Assembly (NCBI GenBank): GCA_963778115.1
Contig: CAVZSV010000004.1
Span: forward strand, 2,080,001-2,144,000
From: an uncultured delta proteobacterium
Lineage (GTDB): Bacteria; Bdellovibrionota; FAC87; UBA2466
DNA length: 64,000 nt
Reading direction: 5' to 3'
In this document: piece by piece, positions 21,369-30,627 of the stretch
Layout: each line of letters begins with the position of its first letter
Numbering within the stretch: the first letter of the stretch is position 1
The notes under the pieces: model-generated
Told to the model about the DNA's origin: nothing
The model's input: the letters and a program-made list of their open reading frames with translations, nothing else
Databases searched by the model: none
Translations under genes and position numbers: made by a program

Positions 21369-22265
21369 CTAATGTACGCGAATGGGTTGACCGGTAGCGG
21401 TAGTGATCTTCGGAAAATACAAGTAGTCGCGAGTAACCCCAAAGCCTTCGTAGGCCCGCTCAATATTTTCAAAAACCTCTTCCAGAAGTGCTCTGCGGTC
21501 TAAACCCACGATCTGAGCATCTTGTTCTAACGTCATCGCCCACTGAGTCGTCAATTTCATGATGAAGAACTGGGAGGCTTTCACATACGTACGGCCCAAC
21601 ATCGACAAACGGTCCAACATGTCGGGTAAAACGATATGAAGGAAATGCAGATGGCGGCTCTCATCGATAAGCAGGTTCTTGCACATCTCTGCTCCCATCG
21701 GGTCAAGATTGGCGCGCTGAGCTCGACGCAAAAACACGGAAGCGAAATTTTCCGAGAAGAGAGTGGAAAAGAGCCAATTCTCAACTCGATAAAATCCCAT
21801 GGAAGCTATCTGACCCAGCACATGGTATTTCCAGTCGTACTTGGGCGGCCCGCCTAGTTTTCTAAGATAGTTCTCTACTGAAAAGACGTGACGAGCTTCA
21901 TCAAAGCATTGGGCTGAAAGATAGTACGTGGTCTCTTCACTTTTTAATTTACTCGCTGCTTTGGGCATCATGTTGGCGATTACATTCAGCCCCATCTTTT
22001 CCAAAGTATAAAAGATGGTCATGAGCTTTATCCAAACCCGACGACTCTCCTCATCCATCTCTATTTCGGGCGCAAAGTTGATGCGCTTGGGAGCAAACCA
22101 TTGTTGCATGGAGGCTTGAAGATACAAGCGCCGGATCTTTTGATCGTTTACCAAGGCTCGGTGGCTGGTAATGGGCTGTAAAAGCTCTTGAATGGCGGGA
22201 ACGTCGGAAAGAGAGAAGCTAGTGGTTTCCTTCTGGATTTTCCCTGCCTGAATTTCTTGATCCAT
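21369..22265 (-). CDS. Ferritin-like diiron-carboxylate enzyme (AurF/R2-like fold)
   Basis: Two ExxH motifs (DEARH, DESRH), each preceded by a helix Glu (LEKM, SENF). Confidence 0.8.
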   Translation of the reverse strand: MDQEIQAGKIQKETTSFSLSDVPAIQELLQPITSHRALVNDQKIRRLYLQASMQQWFAPKRINFAPEIEMDEESRRVWIKLMTIFYTLEKMGLNVIANMMPKAASKLKSEETTYYLSAQCFDEARHVFSVENYLRKLGGPPKYDWKYHVLGQIASMGFYRVENWLFSTLFSENFASVFLRRAQRANLDPMGAEMCKNLLIDESRHLHFLHIVLPDMLDRLSMLGRTYVKASQFFIMKLTTQWAMTLEQDAQIVGLDRRALLEEVFENIERAYEGFGVTRDYLYFPKITTATGQPIRVH

Positions 22266-22390
22266 CTGCAGTAGCTAAACATAACAGGCAGGAAAATCAA
22301 GTTCTACGTGGGGTTAGACGCGGGCAAAATGGCCTGCAAAAGGCCTCAAAATCAGGGGGGCTGGCATTCTGGGAGAGCGCGGTCAGTTGA

Positions 22391-22855
22391 TTAAAGAACC
22401 TCTTTGGAGTCCAACCAGACAGTGACCGGCCCATCATTGACCAGTTCGACTGCCAGATCGCTACCAAAGACTCCGTTTTTTACGAGTTCGGGACCGCACA
22501 TGCGGCTAAACGTGTTCACGAAGTGCTCGTAATACTCTTTTGCTCGAGTTTTGGGGGCGGCACCGTCGAAAGAGGGGCGGTTGCCGTATTTGCACTCGGC
22601 GTAGAGGGTAAACTGGGATACCAGCAGGTACTGGGCATTCACTTCAGGCCCCCCCAGGTTCATCTTGCCTTGAACATCGGAAAAGATTCTTAGGTTTCGG
22701 ATCTTCTGCGCCATTTGATCGATGGAAACAGGGCTATCACCCTCTTCAAATCCGACGAGTACCACTACGCCTTTTCCGATCGAAGCGATGACACGGTTTG
22801 GCATTTGGGTATCGGATATCTGTGCACGGGTGACGCGTTGAATGAGAGCTCTCAT
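22391..22855 (-). CDS. dtd: D-aminoacyl-tRNA deacylase
   Basis: MRALIQRV, LRIF, SQFTL, RPSF, NDGPVT. Confidence 0.97.
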   Translation of the reverse strand: MRALIQRVTRAQISDTQMPNRVIASIGKGVVVLVGFEEGDSPVSIDQMAQKIRNLRIFSDVQGKMNLGGPEVNAQYLLVSQFTLYAECKYGNRPSFDGAAPKTRAKEYYEHFVNTFSRMCGPELVKNGVFGSDLAVELVNDGPVTVWLDSKEVL

Positions 22856-23075
22856 GGCGTTTTCCTTGGGTTTTGTGCCGTATACCAAACACGGCAAAAG
22901 ACTGTAAAAGAAGCTTACAACTCCTATTTTAGGCCTGCGCAAGACAAATTCCCTAGTGGTTTCTTTGTTCTAAGAAACAGTGCGCCAAACATTGCCTACT
23001 TTTCAGACAATTTTTATACGCTAGCCACTTTTAGTCTACGACCCCACTAACAGTGATCCCTGCCCAGACGCATTT

Positions 23076-23091
23076 TGGAATAGCGCTTGCA
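23076..23091 (+). promoter_or_regulatory. Putative sigma54 -24/-12 promoter
   Basis: TGGAAT-AGCGC-TTGCA with exact GG-N10-GC spacing. Confidence 0.6.
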
Positions 23092-23273
23092 CAGTGAGAA
23101 GACCTAAGGGTCCCGTCTATTTTGCGGGATGAAGTTCGCTAGTAAGTGAGCTTCTAAAAAAAGGAGGCTTGTAGCCATCGAAGGGCCATATCGGTCCTGA
23201 AGAAGCCACAAGTTGTTGTGTTCTAGTTGCTGTTGGCTCGAGGGAGCTATTGCAGTTGAAAGCGGGGTTGTCG

Positions 23274-24911
23274 ATGAATCGCAGGTTGAACGTGAGTTTA
23301 AAAATAATTGCTCTAATACTAACCTTATGCGTATCCGGCGTTTACGCCACATCCGACCATGACAAGGATGGGAAGACTCTTGAAGAGTGGCAGAAGCACG
23401 CTATCGACGCCAAACACTCTTCTTATCAAGAGTTAGAAGCTTCGATTGATACGGTACTAAAGACCGACGACGCGGATGCCAAGAAAAAGCATGAAGCGAT
23501 CAAAACCCTGGTCCATCTTGCTGGTGTTCTACGGTCCGAACAGACCGCTAAGTGCGATGCCGATCCCTCAGCAGATAAATTAGGAGATCTCATCGACTCT
23601 TGCATCGCGGTCGGCGGAGTTAAAAAACTTTTCGAGGAAGACCATAACGCGGATGCGGAAGTGCTGCAGGTTTGCGGCGAGGAGATTCTAGCGGTGCTAG
23701 AGCATCGGACAAGCTCCTTGGAAAAACATTTCGCCGAGGCCGTGAAAAAGGGTTTCGCCGCGGCTTTAGGACAAGACGATTTTAAAACCGTTGGAGCCGA
23801 TCGCAAGAAATTGGGGGATGTCTCGAAATACATCTCCACCATCGGTGCTCGTGCTAAGGAATTAGCAGTCGATGCCAAACAGAAAAAGAAGCTTTGTGAT
23901 TTAGATGGCTCTGGTTCTAGCTCTGACAGTGCTCAAACCGAACGCCGCGGTAGAAGAGATAGAGACGATGCCGAAGAGGAAGATTCAAGTTCCGGCAAAA
24001 AAGACAAAGGTGCCAAGAGCGACGACAAAGCGGCAAGCGATGATGATTTGGCCAAAAAGCCCGCTACCCAGACGAAACCGGTTCCTAGAACGGGTCCGAC
24101 GGATGCTGGCGCAACGGATAAAGCCGCGGGAGCTGCCGGAGCGCAAGCTCAAGGTGCCGCAGCGGGACAGCCGGTTCCTCAACCTGTCTTTGGTGGTCAG
24201 GGAAGTTTCGATCCTTCAGCTCTGGGAGCACAGAACAATGGTGCTGATTTAGCGTCATTGCTACCCTTGCTGAATGCGCAAAACGATCGACCCCAGGTAA
24301 TTAATCCTCAGCCGAACGTCTCGAAAGGGGGAGATACTCCAGCGACACCCCCTTCGATTCCTCCGATGATTCCTCCGACGCCGCAAAATCAAGGCGGCCC
24401 GCAGGGAGGACCGGATCCCAGTCAAATGGGCGGTGGCCCTCAACAGCAGCCGGGAATAAATCCTGCGATGCTAGGAATGGGACAACAACAACCCCAGCAG
24501 CAGAATAATGCGGCTGCGGATTGGCAGAAGCAGTACCAACAGGATCAGAAGTTTGCGGATTTACAAAATCAGATAAAAGACGCCAAGGGTGCCTCGACCG
24601 ACGTCGATACCGCGGCTAAAAACGCAGCGAAAGATGCGGTTAGCTCTCTGATGGGATCTATGCCGATGATGGGTGGCATGGGTGGTGGTCAAGGTAATCC
24701 GAATATGCAGATGGCGCAGGCCAACAACCAAAGTGCCAGCACCGTCGGTAGCATGTTAGGTGGTGCCGCAGGACGCATGATGGGAGCTGCGAGTAACGCC
24801 TTTGCTCGAGGGGCTAATGCCGTGACCCGAATGGTAAGACGCTCCTTCCGAGGAACCGGAATCTCCAACACGGGAATTCGCGGCGCTCCTGAAGGTAATG
24901 TTCGCCAGTAA
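23274..24911 (+). CDS. Exported hypothetical protein: helical N-domain plus long Q/G/P/M low-complexity tail
   Basis: Signal peptide (IIALILTLCVSGVYA); about 545 aa; ATG at 23274 (TTG at 23250 is an alternative). Confidence 0.8.
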   Translation: MNRRLNVSLKIIALILTLCVSGVYATSDHDKDGKTLEEWQKHAIDAKHSSYQELEASIDTVLKTDDADAKKKHEAIKTLVHLAGVLRSEQTAKCDADPSADKLGDLIDSCIAVGGVKKLFEEDHNADAEVLQVCGEEILAVLEHRTSSLEKHFAEAVKKGFAAALGQDDFKTVGADRKKLGDVSKYISTIGARAKELAVDAKQKKKLCDLDGSGSSSDSAQTERRGRRDRDDAEEEDSSSGKKDKGAKSDDKAASDDDLAKKPATQTKPVPRTGPTDAGATDKAAGAAGAQAQGAAAGQPVPQPVFGGQGSFDPSALGAQNNGADLASLLPLLNAQNDRPQVINPQPNVSKGGDTPATPPSIPPMIPPTPQNQGGPQGGPDPSQMGGGPQQQPGINPAMLGMGQQQPQQQNNAAADWQKQYQQDQKFADLQNQIKDAKGASTDVDTAAKNAAKDAVSSLMGSMPMMGGMGGGQGNPNMQMAQANNQSASTVGSMLGGAAGRMMGAASNAFARGANAVTRMVRRSFRGTGISNTGIRGAPEGNVRQ

Positions 24912-24938
24912 CCTTACTTAGTAAGTTTAAAGCCTTTG

Positions 24939-24976
24939 GGCCTTAGCGGAGACTCTTCGCTAAGGCCTTTTTTTTT
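24939..24976 (+). terminator. Rho-independent terminator
   Basis: GGCCTTAGCGGA/TTCGCTAAGGCC stem followed by T9. Confidence 0.85.
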
Positions 24977-26021
24977 CGTCGAAGAGGATTTGATCGTCGA
25001 ATATAAGCAGCCCTGAGTAGCGTTGATTTTCTTGCATTACCGATCGATTCCACAGAACCGTTCTGGAGACAGCGGCCCCCGCCTTTAGATGGCTGCCACT
25101 GGCTAAGACCACACAGGGGCCAATGGCGACTCCCTCCTCCAGCTGGCAATGGGCTCCCAGGATGACAGGGCCTTGAAAGTTAACTCCGGTGGGAAGCTGC
25201 GTCCCTTCTGGCGCCCAGACGCCTGGTTTTAGCTCTTGGTAACCTCCCATTTCGCTAAGGCAAGCTCTTAACGAGTCGTCTTTTTCTAATCCCGAGAGCA
25301 GATCCATCGAAGCTCCGAAGATGGTGTTGAACTCTCCGGTATCTCGCCAATATTGATTTTCTATGAAATACCCCAGGGCGCGTTGGGGCTTTTCCCGCAT
25401 CAGTCGGGGATAGAGAAGTTCATTGATTCCCGAAGGCTCCCTTTTCAAGTACTGCAAAGTTTCATTTTCTAATATATGAACGCCCGTAAAAATTCCGACT
25501 CGCGTTGGCTCCTTTAGAGAGAGTTTCGGAAACAGAACAATCTCGGAGTTTTCATTTACCCCTACCTTCGAGTAATGGTGCTGTCTTAGCGGATTTTCGA
25601 CGAGCATCATCGTGGCCAGCGCCTTTCGCTCTTCATGAAAGCGAATTGCGGGAAGAAGCCTCAGGTTGGTGACGAAATCGCAGTTCGCAAGTACGAAGCG
25701 TTCTTTTCGAAAAAAGGACTCCGCTTGCTTCACTCCTCCCCCAGTACCTTGAAGAATGCTCTCTTTGGAATACTGAAGCTTCATGCCCCACCGGCTTCCG
25801 TCACCCAAAAAGCGTTCAATCGCGTCGCTTAAATGGTGTAAATTAAGAATCACTTCGGAAATCCCGGCCGCTTTAAAAAGATAGAGGGTATGTAACACGT
25901 TGGGCAGATTAACGACCGGCACTAGCGGCTTAGGCAATTTATCCGTGACCGGTAACAACCGGGTTCCCAGACCCGCGCAGAGAATCATCCCCCGTGAAAT
26001 GTTCTTGGTTGGAACTCCCAC
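24960..26021 (-). CDS. Sugar-1-phosphate nucleotidyltransferase (MurU-like)
   Basis: ILCAGLGTRLLPVTDKLPKPL, GTGGG, WRDTG, C-terminal beta-helix; GTG overlaps the stop of the upstream kinase. Confidence 0.85.
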   Translation of the reverse strand: MGVPTKNISRGMILCAGLGTRLLPVTDKLPKPLVPVVNLPNVLHTLYLFKAAGISEVILNLHHLSDAIERFLGDGSRWGMKLQYSKESILQGTGGGVKQAESFFRKERFVLANCDFVTNLRLLPAIRFHEERKALATMMLVENPLRQHHYSKVGVNENSEIVLFPKLSLKEPTRVGIFTGVHILENETLQYLKREPSGINELLYPRLMREKPQRALGYFIENQYWRDTGEFNTIFGASMDLLSGLEKDDSLRACLSEMGGYQELKPGVWAPEGTQLPTGVNFQGPVILGAHCQLEEGVAIGPCVVLASGSHLKAGAAVSRTVLWNRSVMQENQRYSGLLIFDDQILFDEKKRP

Positions 26022-27082
26022 TAAGATTTCCTTGGCTCGAGTTTTTGAGATGCCCTCGTCCGCCATTCCATGAGGGGAAAGGCAGATTCCGTCCCTGAAC
26101 GAGTGGCAATCACAAGTTCGGGACAATCCGGCAATAAGCGCTGGGCGTACTGCAGGGCCGGAATGAGATACGGCAAATGGGTGTCCTTCTGGTAACGGGT
26201 GAAGAAAGAAGCAAACGACCCCGCCGCCTTGACGACCCTCTGAAAAGCGACGCGCTTTAAATCCCTATCGAAGGATTTCCAATCGATGTCGCGAGAAAGC
26301 GGGTACTTGCGGACTTCGTCTTGATAACTACTTACTAAGGTCTGTCGCTCGCCATCGCTCACAGGGACGTAAGCGTCGTACACCAGGCTTGCGAGATCAT
26401 AGTGAGGAGATCCCAACCGTGCGTCTTGGAAATCGATCAAATAAAGGTCGCCCTCTTTCACTAGGATATTGCGGCAGTGGTAATCGCGGTGCGCAAAGAC
26501 CAAAGGTGTTATTTGGCTGATGGCCGCACAAAATTTTTGAACGGCCTCCAACTGATTATGGGAAGCCTTTGGCATCCCCAAGAATTGGTGTTGGAGATGC
26601 TCAAAGGTGAATTTCAGTTCATCTGCATATTTTTGGGTATCGAAGCTGCGGCTCGCAACCGGAAGCGTGGCGGGAACGGGATAGGTTTTGCCGTGCAACG
26701 TGGCAAGTAAACGGACCGCCCTCTCCAGCCAAGCCATTTTTTGATCCGGATGCTCTAAAATTTCAAATTGTAAAAGTCTGTCCCCCAGATCCTCCATGAC
26801 CAGAAATCCCCCCTGGGAGTCAACTTCAAAAAAAACGGGGACCGGCAATTGATGCGATGCCAAATACTCTTGATGTGGTGCATAGTCTTTGCTTAGATCC
26901 CAGCTCAAATCGGAAAGTAGAACTCGACTCATCTTTCCCCAGGTGAGTCTATAAAACGATCGTTGCGACCCATCTCCTGCTAACGGCTCAAATTTGAGGG
27001 GCGTGGATATTCTTTGGCTGGCTATCCACCGTTCAATCCAGGCATGGATTCGAGGATTTTGTGAGTAACCGGGCATATTCAA
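26021..27082 (-). CDS. Aminoglycoside-phosphotransferase family sugar kinase (AmgK-like)
   Basis: LAGDGSQRSFYR, MEDLGD, HRDYHCRN, IDFQDA, YDLASL; paired with a MurU-like gene. Confidence 0.88.
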   Translation of the reverse strand: MNMPGYSQNPRIHAWIERWIASQRISTPLKFEPLAGDGSQRSFYRLTWGKMSRVLLSDLSWDLSKDYAPHQEYLASHQLPVPVFFEVDSQGGFLVMEDLGDRLLQFEILEHPDQKMAWLERAVRLLATLHGKTYPVPATLPVASRSFDTQKYADELKFTFEHLQHQFLGMPKASHNQLEAVQKFCAAISQITPLVFAHRDYHCRNILVKEGDLYLIDFQDARLGSPHYDLASLVYDAYVPVSDGERQTLVSSYQDEVRKYPLSRDIDWKSFDRDLKRVAFQRVVKAAGSFASFFTRYQKDTHLPYLIPALQYAQRLLPDCPELVIATRSGTESAFPLMEWRTRASQKLEPRKS

Positions 27083-27238
27083 TAAAGAGTAACCAGAATA
27101 TTCAGTATTTTCAATGATTTATTTCTATTTTAGTCTTGATGATTTTTATCCGAAACATATACTAGAGACAGATCGATCTTCTCTTCCGTCTCTCCTAATT
27201 GAGATCTCAACTTCTCGAAAACTAGCGGAAACACGACG

Positions 27239-30200
27239 TTGAACCGTTTGAAAAGCACATTGAAGCGCTTAACGCCTGGATGGCCAGCCTCTATTACAGC
27301 GGCTGTTTTCCTTTGTGCTTTTCTAATGGTCCGTTTCCGCTCGGAGCCTCCCAAAGTAGAAAACTCCGCCGCTTCAAAAACCCGCACCGTTCAACCAGCT
27401 TTCGGGCTGACTCGCGCGCCGGTACCGTCCCATGCCACACCACTCGCGGTGGAAATCGCTCCTTCGCAGTCTCGTACTTTTTCCGCTCCCCCTTCCAAAG
27501 CCGCAAAAGTAGAGCCGGTGAAAGCAGAAAAAAGAGAATCGGCAAGCTCGACTCCAAAGCCTCTTTTTGTTCGACACATTAAGAAAGCTCGTACGGGGAG
27601 TGTAAAACCTGTCTCCTCACAAATCGGCGTGATTACCCATAAACGAAAGCCGCTCGTTAGAGTCCTGCAATGGACTGCGCAAACGATCGTCTCCCAGTCG
27701 TCGCGACAAAAATTGGTTCGCATCGTCTCTATAAAGAGTTTACCGGCCTCTAGAAAGAATATTCAAAAATTTGAATCTCCCATGAGTGCCCTTGAAGCAT
27801 TAGCCGCCGTAGCCCAGACTGGGAGGAATGACTTCGCCTCTTTGCCCAGAGCACGTCCGACTAGGATCCCCGAGCCGTTAAATCAATGGGTCGATGAGTC
27901 CTTTGACGAGCCCTCTTTTACGGACGATTTAGGGTCCCGCTGGTCGATTTCTGCAGCTCAAGAAGAGATCGATCCCGTCACTGCCGCGGAGCTACCCGTG
28001 GAACCTAGGTATGGGTTGACGTTGGGAGAGTATGAACGTGACCCACAATCCGACTTCCATAAGAGTCTTTCCGCTTTTAGGGCTTTGCAGCTTCCTCAAT
28101 TGAAAAAGGCCCCGTCGGTGGATGAAAAGGAATGGCTCGCGAAATCTGAGCCTTCTCAACCTGCCGTGGCAGAGTCGGAAGGAAGCGAGAAGGTTCCCGC
28201 AGTCGTTCAGACTCCTTCATCGTCCTCGACGCCAAGGACGCCCACGGCAGTAGTTGCCAGTGTTCCGCAAGCGAGCTCGGAAGTTGCGGATGCTGAAGTC
28301 TATGTCCCTGATACCGTCGCCATCGAAATCGCAGATACCGGTAAAGATGACGATCAACAAGCGAAACCAGAACCCACTTTAGTCCGTCCCGACAAACCTA
28401 GGGTGCCGTGGACCAAGCCAATCGACGATTCTTCAAGCAGCTCCGTAACCGAAATGAAACCGAATGACATGGTAACATCGGTCCCTCAAAATTCGTTGGT
28501 GGCGATAGCGGCGCCGAACGTGACTAACCAATTGGTGAAGCCAAACCCCGTGGCTAGTCAAACGACTCAGCGGAGCCAGAATACTCAGACGAATAGCCGT
28601 TCTAGTTTAGAGTCGCCGACGAATGTTCTGGTCAGACCTTCTACAGCTGCTCAAAGCCAACCCGACTTTTCGGTCGACAATAATTCCCATCCGAAAATGG
28701 CAGCGGTTCAGAAGGCCTCTCCCAAGGTAAACGCGATGGAAGTATCGAAGCCAGCGAAAGTGGCAAGTACTCCGGCTGCGGAAGACGACCAAACTAATGT
28801 GATTGCGGAAAATGTGAGCCCTAAGGCAGCGATGGCGATTCCGAAAGCTCGCTTGAGTGCCGTCCCCTCTCAGAGTGCGTCCGCAAATCCTATGAAAATC
28901 ATTTGGAATAGACCGGGTCGTGAGGCTGCGGAAGCCGCTTCCTATTTGCCCCAGCCCAATGATCCCGACGTCGGGCAATTGACAGGAACGTTCAGCACAG
29001 ACGAGAGAGCCGACGATTGGCTAGAGGACAACAAGGGGCACGTGGAGCTGTTTTTGGAACCGGTCGATCGAACCGACAAGAAACCTCTGGACATGCAGGA
29101 TGTGGGCTATCGCTATCGATCTCAAGAGGACGATCCCAATTTTTCGATCTTGTCGAAGCGGTTGCGTTCCGGTCTTTACAAGCTGCATGCACTTATTTTT
29201 GCCGGAGATACCCCGAAACTTGAAGCCGATATCGCCTATCACGACATGATCTGGTGGGGATACAAAGCGAATATCGAATTTCATATTACCCGCGACGATA
29301 TCGATCATTACCGCACGTATATTCAAAACGTCCCTTCCCGCTCCTTGGTCTTAAATGTCACGTTGTTTGAAGGAGGCAGTGGAGATCCCGAACATCCCTA
29401 CAAAATTCCAAACGGGACCGTCCGAGTGGCGGGGTTCCCGGAGCTCGGTGTCTTTTACTCAGATGGCGACGGCAATATCCGAATTCCCCACGTGCCTTCC
29501 CGTTCGGAACTCTTGCTAGAAGTCTCGGCGTCCGGGTACTTCGACACAGAAAAGGTAGTCCCCATCTTTACCAGTGACGTATACGAAGTCGTCCATTTGG
29601 TCTCACGGGACAAAATCGGCTCACTGCCTGAGTTCTTCACTAAGCGAGCTCAGGATTCTAACAATGGGATTATAGTGGGCAGAACCTTAGATGATGTTTC
29701 GCATACGCCTAAAGAGGGGGAGAGCGTTTCGCTCTCTTTCCGCAAGAGTCCTCCCCTTTATATTGATGCTCTTCCAGACCTCAAGCTTTCGGCGACAAGT
29801 TCGACCGGCCTCTTTGCGTTTTTTAATATCGCGCCCTCTTTCCGTTTAATCAGCCGTTCCGAAGAAGTGATTCCGCTTCTAATGAACGTAAAACCGAATC
29901 ATGCGCAATATATTGAATTTGGCCGTGGCGAAGAGCGTAGTGTGCATGGACAAATCTTTGATGGCCTTAACGGTGTTCATCCCGAGGCAAAAGTTCGCTT
30001 AGTGGGGCAAGAGAAAAGCGAAGTTTATACCGATGCCCAAGGCGAATTCACGATAAGTCATATCGATCTTCCCGAAGGAACCATCACCCTTGAGATCTCC
30101 GCGGAGGGGTATCCGACGACGTGGCATACCTTGGCCTGGGACCCCGCGGAAAGAGAAACCAAACATCATATGTTCATGTTGGATTCAGACCTTCTCAAAG

Positions 30201-30541
30201 ACAGCGCTCTTGATGTAGCTCGAATCCGTTCCATGGATAGGAGTACGGGTGCCATTATCGGCGGTGCCGAACCTTCTCTTTTTGCCCATCATCCGGGTTG
30301 TTTCAGTGTGGAATTAGAAGATGCTAAAGAACGTAAGGTGATTTCCGAGAAAGGCCCGTTTCCGTGGGGAAAACCCAGTGAAGGCAACGAGCTTTGTCTG
30401 ACCCAGGAAAATCCCAGATTTGCCTACTACAATCTGGCACCCGGAGAATATATTTTGAAGTGGTTTGATGCCGTTCACCAAGTCCCACGAACTCATACCT
30501 TCTATGTCGGCATGGATCGCGTGTCGATGGTAATTAATTAG
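27239..30541 (+). CDS. Large membrane-anchored hypothetical protein with C-terminal carboxypeptidase-regulatory-like beta-sandwich repeats
   Basis: N-terminal TM, long S/P/Q-rich linker, repeats such as SDGDGNIRI, TSSTGLFAF, TDAQGEFTI, SASGY/SAEGY. Confidence 0.7.
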   Translation: MNRLKSTLKRLTPGWPASITAAVFLCAFLMVRFRSEPPKVENSAASKTRTVQPAFGLTRAPVPSHATPLAVEIAPSQSRTFSAPPSKAAKVEPVKAEKRESASSTPKPLFVRHIKKARTGSVKPVSSQIGVITHKRKPLVRVLQWTAQTIVSQSSRQKLVRIVSIKSLPASRKNIQKFESPMSALEALAAVAQTGRNDFASLPRARPTRIPEPLNQWVDESFDEPSFTDDLGSRWSISAAQEEIDPVTAAELPVEPRYGLTLGEYERDPQSDFHKSLSAFRALQLPQLKKAPSVDEKEWLAKSEPSQPAVAESEGSEKVPAVVQTPSSSSTPRTPTAVVASVPQASSEVADAEVYVPDTVAIEIADTGKDDDQQAKPEPTLVRPDKPRVPWTKPIDDSSSSSVTEMKPNDMVTSVPQNSLVAIAAPNVTNQLVKPNPVASQTTQRSQNTQTNSRSSLESPTNVLVRPSTAAQSQPDFSVDNNSHPKMAAVQKASPKVNAMEVSKPAKVASTPAAEDDQTNVIAENVSPKAAMAIPKARLSAVPSQSASANPMKIIWNRPGREAAEAASYLPQPNDPDVGQLTGTFSTDERADDWLEDNKGHVELFLEPVDRTDKKPLDMQDVGYRYRSQEDDPNFSILSKRLRSGLYKLHALIFAGDTPKLEADIAYHDMIWWGYKANIEFHITRDDIDHYRTYIQNVPSRSLVLNVTLFEGGSGDPEHPYKIPNGTVRVAGFPELGVFYSDGDGNIRIPHVPSRSELLLEVSASGYFDTEKVVPIFTSDVYEVVHLVSRDKIGSLPEFFTKRAQDSNNGIIVGRTLDDVSHTPKEGESVSLSFRKSPPLYIDALPDLKLSATSSTGLFAFFNIAPSFRLISRSEEVIPLLMNVKPNHAQYIEFGRGEERSVHGQIFDGLNGVHPEAKVRLVGQEKSEVYTDAQGEFTISHIDLPEGTITLEISAEGYPTTWHTLAWDPAERETKHHMFMLDSDLLKDSALDVARIRSMDRSTGAIIGGAEPSLFAHHPGCFSVELEDAKERKVISEKGPFPWGKPSEGNELCLTQENPRFAYYNLAPGEYILKWFDAVHQVPRTHTFYVGMDRVSMVIN

Positions 30542-30574
30542 TTTTTGTCTGGTAAAACCCATTCTGTAACTGAC

Positions 30575-30600
30575 CAAAGGGGGGCAAATGCCCCCCTTTG
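30575..30600. terminator. Probable bidirectional terminator between convergent genes
   Basis: Perfect 11-bp stem CAAAGGGGGGC-AAAT-GCCCCCCTTTG. Confidence 0.75.
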
Positions 30601-30627
30601 CTTTAAGCGAGACTGTCGCTACGGCAT

